Shown: positions 41,923-54,290 of the stretch, in pieces | Numbering within the stretch: position 1 is the stretch's first letter | Layout of the letters: each line of letters opens with the position of its first letter | Assembly: GCA_044892525.1 (NCBI GenBank) | Contig: CM097886.1 | Coordinates: 31,186,001 to 31,250,000 of the forward strand | DNA length: 64,000 nt | Direction: 5' to 3' | Source of the DNA: Schmidtea polychroa | Lineage: Eukaryota | Notes under the pieces: model-generated | Seen by the model: the letters and a program-made list of their open reading frames with translations, nothing else | What the model was told of the DNA's origin: nothing | Database searches by the model: none | Program-made: the position numbers and the translations under genes

Positions 41923-43855
41923 ATAAGGAACAGGAAATCGATAATATCGGTTCTATTTTTAGTAACATTAGGGAAATCAGTATATTTGTTGAAGTAGGTT
42001 ATATAGTAACAAGGTAGGGTTCTTGCGATTAATTTCAGCCATAGGGGGATCCCAAATCGCTAATTAAAAATTTGTAATAATTAATTAACAACGCAATGAC
42101 AAGGGTAGTGATAATAATAGTGGCAATGATAAGAGTGGAAGTGTTAATGGTAATAGCACTAAAACAGTAATATCAAGAACATTAATAATGATCATCCTAA
42201 TAATAATAATAATGACAACAGTGATAGTAACTACAATAATAATCCTAACAGTAATAATAATGATAATTATTATAAGAATACTAATGATAAGGGTAANNNN
42301 NNNNNNNNNNNNNNNNNNNNNNNNNNNNNNNNNNNNNNNNNNNNNNNNNNNNNNNNNNNNNNNNNNNNNNNNNNNNNNNNNNNNNNNNNNNNNNNNNNNN
42401 NNNNNNNNNNNNNNNNNNNNNNNNNNNNNNNNNAGAATAACCATAATANNNNNNNNNNNNNNNNNNNNNNNNNNNNNNNNNNNNNNNNNNNNNNNNNNNN
42501 NNNNNNNNNNNNNNNNNNNNNNNNNNNNNNNNNNNNNNNNNNNNNNNNNNNNNNNNNNNNNNNNNNNNNNNNNNNNNNNNNNNNNNNNNNNNNNNNNNNN
42601 NNNNNNNNNNNNNNNNNNNNNNNNNNNNNNNNNNNNNNNNNNNNNNNNNNNNNNNNNNNNNNNNNNNNNNNNNNNNNNNNNNNNNNNNNNNNNNNNNNNN
42701 NNNNNNNNNNNNNNNNNNNNNNNNNNNNNNNNNNNNNATATTTTTACAATAATACCCATTGCAATAACAATATTAAATTAATAGTAATAATAATAATACT
42801 CATTGTAATAGCAATATTAAATTAATAGTAATAATACTAACACGAAATATATTAATAATAATGCTCGTTGTAACAATAACATTAGTAAGAATGATGGAGA
42901 TGACAATAATAATAATAATAGGGCACAACGGTTTCGGGGGTCATTTAAGAAAGTTGTGATTTAGCTTTCTCTGAACCTAATATAAGTTAAATATACTTTA
43001 AGGGAACTGTATACTCCTATATACTTCCATAAGATAATACATTTTTGGAAATTAATAATAATAATTAATAATAATAAGGGTCCTAAGGATGGGAATTGCT
43101 AAATTATCATTTGAACATATCACTATCTAAAACTATGCATTAAAATGGGTTCCTTTAGGACATTTGGGTGGTATATATATATGCCGGGGTCATTTGAGAA
43201 AATCTATAATTTATCCTTTTCTAAACATAAGGTAAATATGTATTAAGAAAGTTTAATATACTTATATATGCCATTATATGGCAAGGATATACCCTTAACT
43301 AAGGTAATGTTAGAAAACCAAGCATGATAGTAGTAAGGGCACCCAAATGGATAATATTATTAGGACTCAAAATTTTCTTTGAAGATTTTATATCATTTAC
43401 ATTTCGATATGCATAAAGGCAATAAAAATTGTTGAGGGATTTATAAAATATTTATTGAGCGTGAACCAAAATACATTAAACAAATGAATAACAATACTAA
43501 ATTTAGTTAATATCAGATATGAGTTTAAGCAATTAGCCGACTACCGAAAGTCTCTATATTAATTTGAGTCTGGGATATTTCCCGTTTAGATGATCCTAGT
43601 GGTCTGTTTCCTATATCAGAATTAAGTGTTGATTTTTGGTATGTTGTTTACTGAAAAGTCAAATTAATTAAAATTTTCCTACTTTCCCGACCCAACTGGA
43701 TACGGTACGAAATATTTTTTGCTAATTTTTCCTCCATGATGAATTTGGAACGGTTCCAGAACATTCCATATTACTTTTAATTCAATTTTTATTTTTAACT
43801 GATATTTTACGAATTTCTTTTTAAGAAATTTTATTTTTAATACTAATTTATTTAA
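41923..43855 (-). mobile_element. Giant LTR X, right segment, truncated
   Basis: Resumes after the nested TSDs; 43730-43850 is homologous to LTR Y 11600-11720; no CCCAACA end found. Confidence 0.65.
42090..42920. repeat. (AAT/GAT)n-like low-complexity tract with assembly gaps
   Basis: Trinucleotide-rich sequence around runs of N. Confidence 0.85.
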
Positions 43856-43973
43856 TCTGTTTATTCAGCTTCAAACAAAAATAATAAAAGTTTTTGTAAA
43901 TAGTGCCGCGGACCACTTGCAACCTGTTCGCGGACCCCCTGGGGGTTCATGGACCCCAGGTTAAGAACCACTG
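43856..43973 (-). mobile_element. One end of a hAT (Charlie-like) MITE inserted in the integrase of the degenerate Gypsy element
   Basis: Minus strand CAGTGGTTCTTAACCTGGGGTCC terminus at 43973; the integrase frame breaks at HQSNGLV|QWFLT. Confidence 0.75.
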
Positions 43974-46900
43974 GACTAAACCATTTGATTGGTGCTGGTA
44001 AGGTGAGCTGAATTCCTGTTTGATTCCAAGTTTCTGTAGCTTCTGTCTTAGGAAATTCCCTTCGAAATTTCGGCCTCTATCTGTTAAAATACTCTTCGAT
44101 TTTCCAAATCGATAGATCCAACTATTAAGTATTGTTTTGAAAATTGTCCCTTCGTCTTGCTTTGTGATTGCAGTTAAAGAAATCAGTTTGCTAAAACGGT
44201 TCACCATTATTACCATATATTTGCTAATGGCGTTCATTTCCATGTAAGCTACATCCATAACAATCTGTTCTAGGAATTCAGAGCTATATCTAGGAATAAA
44301 TGTTTCCTTGGTTCTTGTCTGATCGATCTTTCTCTTAGCGCAGATCTCGCAACACTGTAAACAGAGTTGGATTGTTTCTTGCATTTTCGGCCAATAAAAT
44401 ATCTATATATAAAAATATATATATATAATCTTTGATTTTCCTTCCTTAGCTTCTTCATGTCTTGTTTGACACTGGGTGCAAATCATACTTTTTAATCTTG
44501 ATAGTCCATCTGCATTCGAGTGTTCTTCGCCTTTCCGATATTTTAGTTCAAAATCATATTCCGACAGGTTAGCTAACCATGTTTGGAACTGCGGACTGTT
44601 TGACGTTTTTATATTGTTCATGAAAACCAGTGCTTTGTGGTCGGTGCGAATTATGAATTTTTTTCCGTACAGATATTCTCTTAAATGCCAGACATATTCA
44701 TGTACAGCGAGCAGTTCTTTCCTGGTTACACAGTATCCCTTTTCATGTGATGACATATGTGTCGAACCATAAGCTATGACCGATTCCAAAACTGCACCAA
44801 TGGCTCTGAAACTAACGTCTGTGTCTAGGATAAAAGTCCTTTATTCTCTTGGAAAATCAAGGATAGGTGCTTCGCACAACCGTCTCTTCAGAGTTTGGAA
44901 GCTCTCATTGCATTCTTTAGTCCAATTTATATCTTTATCGCATCCAGATGTTGCAGTGTATAATGGTTCGGCGATTTTGGCATAGTCTTTGATGAATCTT
45001 CTATAGTAGTTCGTTAATCCGAGAAACGATCTCAATTGTTTTGAACATTTTGGTACTTCTGCTTTCTCGATCTCTTCCACTTTCTTCCTGTTTGTCTGAA
45101 TACCCTTCTCGTTAACTGTGTGACCAAGGAAACACAATTCTGTTTTATTGAATTTGCATTTTTCTGGATTTATCTTCAGTGCTGCCATTTGAATTCTTCT
45201 GAATATTTCCCTTAATAGCTCATCGTGGTCTTTTTGACTTTTACCATATACCAAGATATCATCTAGATAAACTACTACTCCCTTGAATAGCATTACTTCT
45301 AGCACTGTGTGCATCAGTCTCTGGAATGTCGCAGGGGCTGTTGCTAAGCCAAACGGTAGTCTATTGAAGCAAAATTGCCCTTCTCTTGTACTGAATGCAG
45401 TCATTTCTTGAATTTCTGGAGCCAACTCCACTTGATAATACGCCTGACCTAAATCGATTGACGAAAATATTTTTGCATTCGCGAGACAGTCTAGTAAGAA
45501 TTTGGTGTTAGGCATCGGAAATGACTCTTTTTCTGTTATGGAATTCAATCCACGATAATCTACACACATCCTGATAGATCAATCTTTCTTCCCTACTATC
45601 ACTAGCGGGGCATTCCAAGGACTCTTGCAACACCGAATAACATTTGCTTTCATTAACTCTTTTATCAGTTCTTCAATCCTTTTCTCCATGTGCATTGGTT
45701 GACGTCGAGGATGTTGCATTATTGGGCCTCCTGTTATCCGCATCTCATGTCGAACTAAGTTTGTAAATCCCAGATCGAATTTCGATGCCATAAAAATTCC
45801 GCCATATTCCTTGATGATTCCTTCAATATCTTTACTATTCTCACCTGCCATCGCCACTAGTGCTTTATTTATTCTTTCTTCATCAATGTAAATTTTGTTT
45901 ATCAATGACGTTTCTATATTATTGATTTTCACTAACTTTACTCCAAACTCTTTCATTGTATCAATGTCCCATATGAATTCGGGTTTGATCTCTTTTACCA
46001 CTACTACTGTGATTATTTTGGTCTTCTGATTCCATGTAGCCGGTATAGTCATGTATCCCATTGCTTCTTCACCTCCAGTTGAAAAAACTCCGCATAATAA
46101 AATCATACTACGTTGAAGTTCTGGTTTGCCTATTTTCTCCCACAAATTCTTGCTCATGACTGTTACTGATGCTCCAGAGTCCCATAACATCTCTGTTTCG
46201 GCATTATTCAACATTATTTTACTCCAATTTCTTCCATCTTCCGTCTGGTACATCTCTTTTTCTGCCTCGTCTCTTCGTCGTTCATTTCTTCTTTCACAAT
46301 TTATTGTCTTGACTCCACCACTGGAGTCGCTGATGTTTTTTCCGTCTTCTCTCAATATAGTATATTTTTCAGGGACATTGTATATATCTTCCATGTCGCT
46401 GTGAGCAGTTCTGAAATCCTGGCTGTTCTCGGTGTAATCTCTTCTTTCAGATTTTGAATCTTCTTCTTCTATGCACCTATTCTTTGGTATTGGTGTGGAA
46501 CCTCTTTCTGTAACGAAAAACAATCTCGGAACTCGTGACCTTCCTTGCCACATATCAGGCATTTATTTCCCAGTGGACACTCATACCTTCTGTGTCCCCT
46601 TTCATCACAGCAAAAACAATCACCTACCATTAATTTTGGGACCGATGCTTGTGGTAGTCCTCTACTTTCGTTGTACAGCCTCCTTGCAATATTCTTAATG
46701 GATATTGTTGTCAGCTTCCTTTCTGAGCTATTCGGGATTCTCGCATTTCTCAAGAATTGTTTTCTTGGAGATTGTTCTCGACCACCATGGTTATTTCCTT
46801 CATATTGTATTGGTCCACGTATAGGATGTTCGTCTCTTCTTGATCTGTAGTGACTAAATGACTCTTCTGATAGTCTTCTTTGTGGTGATGTAGGCATGGG

Positions 46901-47605
46901 ATTTTTGGTATTCTTTTGAATTCTCATCTGCCCTCCATCAGTCACGCTAGCGTATGTTCTCTGACCGATTGCTTTAATAAATTCCATTTTATTGTTTCCA
47001 TTTTTGTTACTTTCAAAAATTTTCGCCAATGATCTCGTTTCTTCAATTTTTGTTTCTGGTTTCGTCAATATTATCTCCCGCAGTCTCGCATCGCGTGCTT
47101 TATTTGCGATGATTCTTAAACAATATCTTCTTTTGATCGTCCTGAATTTACAACTTCAGCTAAAGCTTTCCTTAGCCGTATCTCAAAAGCTGCAAACCTT
47201 TCATCATCTTCCTGTTCCATAGCTGCCAATTCTCTGATTTTATCAGTTATTGATTTTGTAATTGTGAACGTATGTAAGAACCACGCTTTGGCTTTCGCAT
47301 CTGTTGTTTCTGTTTCCCCACAATGTCTTTGCTTCTGCCACTAATAACACATCGAAAGTGCTTGTCAATCGCTGTCCATTTGTCAGCAGCCATTCTTCTA
47401 TATCCCTGATCCATTCTTCGGCTTCTTTTAAACCTCGTCCATCATATCGTCTGATGTTCAGTGTGAGCATGTCTTGGCATGATTTCGGTAGGCATTCCAT
47501 TAGCGATTTTGTCGATTTCGAAATGGCGTTGATATTTTGATTTTCGGCGTGGTCGCCAATTAAATCCATCTTTAACTTTCTCAGCAAAAGTCTTGAAACC
47601 AACAA
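43974..47605 (-). pseudogene. Degenerate conventional Gypsy gag-pol (gag 46469-47605, PR 45579-46562, RT 44841-45569, RH 44403-44789, IN 43974-44384)
   Basis: CFCCDERGHRRYEC and CLICGKEGHEFRDC, LWDSGASVT, LPFGLATAPATFQR, VYLDDILV, TDHKAL, MDVAY..TDRGRNFE; multiple frameshifts. Confidence 0.9.
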
Positions 47606-48742
47606 TATATATATTTGATCAAAAGGATTTATAAAATAATAAGTTTTTAATTTTTCACAAAAACCGCCACTCCAATTATTAAAACAACCAGATATCTAAC
47701 TCCACATGTTAAGAAATATTTCATTTCAAAAATGTTTTTAAGAACACTTATAAATTAGAGGAAATAAATTATTATTTTCAAGTCTTTACGAATTATTTTA
47801 TTTCCACATGTTAAGAAATATTTTATTTTTCTTTAAGAACTCTAAGGAAATATTTTGTTTTAAAATGTTTTTATTAAATTAATATTCTCTTAATTAATAA
47901 ACGTTAATAATTAAAATTTTATTAATCCCATCTCCTGATTATATGATTAAAGTTTTATGTGAAAAAAACATGAAAAACAAATAATAAATAGATTATAAAC
48001 AAATAAAAACCCAATTATTTACAACACAATAAAACATAGATAAAATCATAAACCAGTCACCAATAAAAATAAATAAGCCACCAGGATCAAATGTCATTAC
48101 TAAGTCAAATTAAAAATCAACCAAATCACAAAAATTTAAAAGTTATTTTTACAATATAGTCAATACCCGATAAAAATAAATAAGCCACCAAGATCAAATG
48201 TCATTAAATATAGTCAATACTGGACTGAGTTGGACTGCGAAGCTCTCTGGGCTGGATTGAGTTGGATTGAAAGATGTGGATTATGAGGATTCTATATAAA
48301 TATTTACTCTGTATTTGTTTGGTCCCTCTCTATAATATTTAGTGAGCTCGAATTCATTTATTGCTCGGCCCCTGTCATCCAACATTCCTCCCTGGGCCGT
48401 CAAGGTAATGTCCTCATTACCTTTATCACTGAGGACTAACTCTATTTCACATTCGTTTATGTACATTTTTGTCCTTTGGAATCCCTTTCTCAATGCTAGA
48501 TTCATCATATCCCCATCATTGATGCGTCTCCCAAAATGTCTGCATATTTCTTTCTCTGTGATAATTGATTTTCCTTTGTCAATGATGAAGTTCGGCTCTT
48601 CTAATGCAAAATCTGGTTCTGGTCCAAGCTCTTCTCCCATTATGTCTATGCACATTTCTGATCCTTCCTCGTTTTCTGGTCTCTCGATATCTTGCATTTC
48701 TTCATCCATTGAAAAATATTCTTCATCTGAATCCAAATCGCA

Positions 48743-49742
48743 TCATGGTTCTTCTCCGTTGTAGCTGCTGCATGCTCTTGGCTTTTTCTTGATTGATGTT
48801 ATTTTTGGTTTGTCTTCCTTTATAAAGATGAGATCATCGTCGCTGTCGCTTCCCATTAATTCATCCTCGAAAGTTCGTCTACTTCCGTCTTTATTGAATT
48901 TCAATTCTCTTTGTGAGGGTTCGATATATATATCTTCCTCAATTTCTACTGGCTCATCACTGTTTTCTTCCACTGGACTGAGTTGATGGCCGATCTCACT
49001 GTTGTCTTTCTGGAATGCTGTCATATCCCATCTTATGACTTCCTCCCACTGTTTTTCTACAATATTGTATACTACTTTAATAATCAATGTTGTGTCTTCA
49101 GACGAAAATGGCTCGGATTTCTTAAGGATGTTGTTAACTGCTCTATCTTTTTTCCATTTAGGGTGTGCTACAATTACTTTGTACGCAAGATTTGAGAGCT
49201 TGATTTTATGTGGTGCTACATTTTTTACAAATGAGCACATAAATACATCCTCTGCCAATTCACTGACTCCCATAACATTGTATAGGTCCAACGTCAATGT
49301 TTTGAGTTTTTTGGGATATTTCGTATCCTACAATGATCTTTCCCACTAATAACTTCTGCACATCCACCAATTCCTGATATTCGTCCTCGTTTCCTCTAAT
49401 TGAATCTCTGTCTACCTTCGTCCATTCTGGGTAATAGTGTTGAATTTTCGTACGTGGGGTCACTTTTTTATTATATACAATTTCTCCCCTGAAGTTCCTG
49501 ATACAAATCTCCACGGGCCTAAGATTGTTATTGATGTCTCCTACTTCTTTGACATCTACAAACATGATTGCTCTTTGTCTTTCCGGAATCGATAGTTGTT
49601 GGTGTGTAAATGACATTTTCTTAGATATGAAATCCTGGTGCATTGTGATTTCTGATGGAACGATTTCAAGCTCTTTGAAAGGGTTTGGTATAGTTGGGAC
49701 GTACAGGATTTCAATTGCGATTACGCAAGGTAAATTCTTCAT
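48743..49742 (-). pseudogene. Frameshift-split DEDDh 3'-5' exonuclease, REX4/ISG20-like
   Basis: FVDVKEVG..PVEICIRNFRGEIVYNKKVTP..LLVGKIIVGY, then DLYNVMGVSEL..IKLSNLAYKVI..FSSEDTTLIIKVVY. Confidence 0.65.
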
Positions 49743-52700
49743 TTATATTAAGAGATTATTAAACTCATTTGGCATGCTTCTGTTGTTTTTGAGGGTTTTG
49801 ATCACCACTATACAATTGCTTGTTGTAATTATGGGGATTCTTTGCTGACATATTGAAGCTTCCGTTTTTGTAATATGAAACAATATTCTGTGCGGAACTT
49901 TTCTCCCTTCGCTTGCTGCTATGTCCGCATTTTCGAACGTGTCGTAGGCACCAATTAATTTTATTCTTCGAGCCTTGTTGAATTTTATTATGTGCATTTC
50001 TCTTTCTTCGATCTCGCACTTCATTTCATTGGGGATACATACTTGATTGGGGAAGCTTCTGATGGTAATTGGTGTTCCATCTGAGGTGATCTTGTTTTGA
50101 AGATTTTTGTAGAAGCTATGATATAGTTTCTGAATCGAGCAGCTATACTGGTGGACTTGGTGTTGATTGGGATTGAGTTGAATTGGATGTTGTTTGGGAT
50201 TGGATCTGGATTGTATGGTATTCCTTGATTGAATTATATTGTTTTCTCTAAAGAAATAAAATAAATATACATATTGATTTTAGGTTTTACCTTATACTCT
50301 TTGATATAAATAATATTGATATATGTGAGTTTAAATAATATCATTGACCAATTAAAATCTTTTGAATTATTATTAAACCAATGAGGACATTGTGTATTGT
50401 CCTGGTACATATTTATCCAAATGAAAATGCCCTGGTACATTTCTGACCAGTTGGTGCCAATATCGCTGCCTTTTCCATTTGTATTTTTTGTAATCTTGAA
50501 CGCTAGTTTCTAGATAAAAGTCTCTTATTGGTGATTTATTTAGGTTATATACTTTAATCTTATACGGTGCAATGTTGATTAAAATATCTTCAGCCATTTG
50601 CTCTACTGAGCATATGCTTTTATTTTCTATTTCAGTTGATCTACACAACCCTGTAATTGTCAAAAATGTCACTGCCATCATTAGTGCTTTTTGTGATCGT
50701 AACCCATATTTGTGAGGTGGTTTTACTACTAACTCTGTTTCTGCTAATCTACATCTATTAACATGTACTATTATAGGATCCTCATTTTTATGTTTTTGTA
50801 GATGCAGATTTTCGTGTACTAGCTTTACCACTTCGTATGGTCCTTTAAATGGTTTTGCTAATTTAGTTGTTTTGCCTTTACCTACTTGTGGAGACATAAG
50901 TCTAACCTTATCTCCCACTTTAAAATTATGAGGTTTGCTATTTTTATCATAGTCTGCTTTATACTGTTCTTGTCTAAATTTAACTTTTAAATTTGCAACT
51001 TTATATACTTCTTGTAGTCTCTCTTGCATTAATGTTACATAATCTGGCGCGTCTAGATATTGTGATACTCGAGGCTCAAAAATTGTATCAATCGGTGTCG
51101 CAGGCTCCCTTAAGAACATTAAAAAATATGGTGAATATCCCGTTGTCTCATTGGGTGCTATATTATGAATATATGTGCATTGATTAACGTATTCATCCCA
51201 ATCATTTTGGTTTTTTCCCACAAACACGGTTAATATACTTAGCAATGTCCCACTGAATCTTTCTACTAACCCATCAGTTTGAGGGTGGTATGCGGTTGTG
51301 TTGATTTTATGCATGTTGAATATATTAGCTACTCTTTATATAGTTTCACTCATGAAATTTTTCCCTTTATCTGTTAATAGTTTTCTCGGTGTACCGATTT
51401 TAATGATTATTTTTTCTACAAGTAATTAAGCTACTGTTTCCGCTGTTTCATCTTTAGTAGGAAATGCCTCTGCCCATTTAGTAAAATAATCGCTTTATAA
51501 TCGTTAATTGTTGTGGGTAGTTTACACAAAAAATCCATTGCACATAATTCCATTGGTGATGTTGTAGCTGGGATTGGATGTAAAGGTGCTTTAGTTTTTG
51601 TTCCTGTATTTTTCCTAGTTGCGCATATTGTGCATGCATCACACCATCTCTAAACATCTTTTTTTAAGTCGTACCAATAGTATTTTTGCATCAATCTGCT
51701 TGCTGTTTTCCTACTTGACAAATGGCCTCCTAGCGCACCATCGTGATACTGTAATAGAAGAATTTGCCTTAATTTTTGTGGTACCGCTATTAACTGTTCT
51801 CCGCTAAAATCTTCAATAACGATTATCTTTTTACTGATTTTATACTTTTGGTTAGGTCCCTTTTTTATTTCTTCTCTTATCTTGAAGAGCTCTGGGTCTT
51901 TCATTTGTTCTTTGCATATCTCTATTGGTTTTTTAGTTACTAATGCAAAATCTTTTAGTGCTCCTAACTCTGGAATTCGTGATAATGCATCTGCATTTTG
52001 TTTATTCATCCTGGTTTGTATACAATTTTTATGTGTATGTCTTGTATTTTCATTGCTCATTTCAATAATCTACTAGATGTATCTTTATGTTTCCATAACC
52101 CTTCCAGCGGTTTATGGTCTGTNNNNNNNNNNNNNNNNNNNNNNNNNNNNNNNNNNNNNNNNNNNNNNNNNNNNNNNNNNNNNNNNNNNNNNNNNNNNNN
52201 NNNNNNNNNNNNNNNNNNNNNNNNNNNNNNNNNNNNNNNNNNNNNNNNNNNNNNNNNNNNNNNNNNNNNNNNNNNNNNNNNNNNNNNNNNNNNNNNNNNN
52301 NNNNNNNAAACTATAGCATAACATTCTTTCTCAATTGTTGAGTACCTAATCTGTGCTCCTTTTAGTGTCTTACTTGCATAAGCTATTACATAATCTTTAC
52401 CCTTTTCCTCTTCTTGTCCTAAGACTGCCCCTACGGCCTTCCCGCTGGCGTCTGTCATGACAATAAACTATCTTTTAAAATCTGGGTATCTTAGTATCTG
52501 TGCTGTTATCAATTTTTCTTTTAGCTGATCAAAAGCTTTTTTGTTGTTCATCTCTCCATTTCTTTTGTGGTTCGTTAATTTTATCATTAATTTCCTGCAC
52601 TATTAACACTCCTTTAATCTCTCCCTTTGTTTTAACTCCCTTAGTTAATTCAAATTAGTGGTGCTGCTATTTTTGCATAGTCTTGTATAAATTTACGATC

Positions 52701-53669
52701 ATATCCTGTAAAACCTAAGAATCCATTGTCCTTGTTGTAATGTTTTTGGAACTGGAAATTTTTTAACTACTTCAATTTTATCAGGATTGGGTATTATGCC
52801 ATCTATTGTAACTATATGCCCTAAAAATAATGCTGAAGGTTCTTCCAATTTACATTTAGTGGGTTTTATTTTAATTCTCGCTTTTCTCAGTTTATGTAAT
52901 ACATTTGCTATGTCTTTTAAGTGTTCCTCAAATGTTTTTGACGATATTAATATGTCATCCATATATACTGCACAATGTTGTACGTCTACTAATACTGTAT
53001 TCATTAAACGTTGAAATGTTGCTGGCGCATTAGTTAATCCAAAAGGTAATCTCGTATACTCGTATAAACCGTCCTCAATCACAAAAGCAGTTTCTTCCGC
53101 ATCCCCCTCTTCCATTTGAATTTGCATGTAGCCTTTATTTGCATCTAACACTGTGAAATATTTGGAATCCCTAAGTTTATCGTACTGTTCTTGTGCTCTC
53201 GGGAATGGATATGAATCTTTTACTGTTACATCATTTAATTTACAATAATCAATGCACATTCTAATTTCCCCGTCTTTCTTTTTAACTGGTACAATAGGTG
53301 ATGCCCATTGTGAAAAACTTTGTTTTATTACACCTGCCTCTTTTAATTCTCTAATTTGTCGCTTTATTTCCTCCCTCAATTTATACGGTACGCTATAAGG
53401 TCTTTGTTTTATTGGTCTAGCATTTCCTGTATCGATCACATGTTTGATAATGTCAGCATCTCCTAAGTGGAATTCGTGTTTTGCAAAAACATCGCTAAAT
53501 TCATCAAGTAATATTTGTAGTTGTAATTGTTGTGTTTCATTTAGATAATTATTATTTATTTTAATTTTATCATATAATTTAATATTATTAGCTCTACTCT
53601 GTTCGACCATTTGTTTACTAACATCTCTCGTCATCGATATCTCGCATACTTCGAATGTTTGCTCTAGTT

Positions 53670-54290
53670 CAGTGGTGTCCAACCGAAATTGGTTACTGGG
53701 CCAAAATAAAAAATAAAAATATAATGTGGGCCGCACGTATTTATTTATTATAAAAAAATTATACAAACTAAATTATGTTTTACATATACATACATATTAC
53801 TTAATGTGAAACTTGTTTTTCAATTTTTTCAGATAATTTTTTTATGTCCACAGGTATTTTCGAAGTTGCACATCGTAATTGGTTTTTTAAATTTTCATCA
53901 GTTTATCTATTACGACTTTTACATTTAACAATCTTTAATTTTGAAAAAAAAAGATTCGCAAAGATACGTGGTCCCCATTGCAGCTGTAACGCTTATCGCT
54001 AGTTTTCTTAGATTAGGAAATTTATCATTGCATATGTATTTTTTATAAAACTGAACTTTATCATTGGCTTCAAACATATATTTTAATTCAGAAGATGACT
54101 GGAGATCTATTAACTCCATTTGCAAATTTGTTGGAGCTGATTCCACAACAATGTCCACAACAAATAAATAAATACACATTAAAAAAGATTTTGAACGCAC
54201 ATGTGATATTTTACTACAATAAAAATTTATATTTGATATTTCATTACAATAAATATTTATACAAAACGGGCCGCAGGTTGGACATAGCTG
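53670..54290 (-). mobile_element. Non-autonomous hAT (Charlie/SPIN-like) element, 621 bp, retaining a transposase C-terminal fragment
   Basis: TIRs CAGTGGTGTCCAACC and GGTTGGACATAGCTG; perfect 8-bp TSD CTCTAGTT; FPNLRKLAISVTAAMGTTYLCESFF dimerisation motif. Confidence 0.92.

Noticed and set aside
42085-42781. ORFs of 224 and 197 aa
   Set aside because: Artefacts of N gaps and trinucleotide low complexity.
48060-48210. About 38-bp direct repeat (ataaaaataaataagccacc..gatcaaatgtcatta) as a possible LTR or PBS remnant
   Set aside because: No TG..CA termini, TSD or convincing tRNA complement; left as a local duplication.
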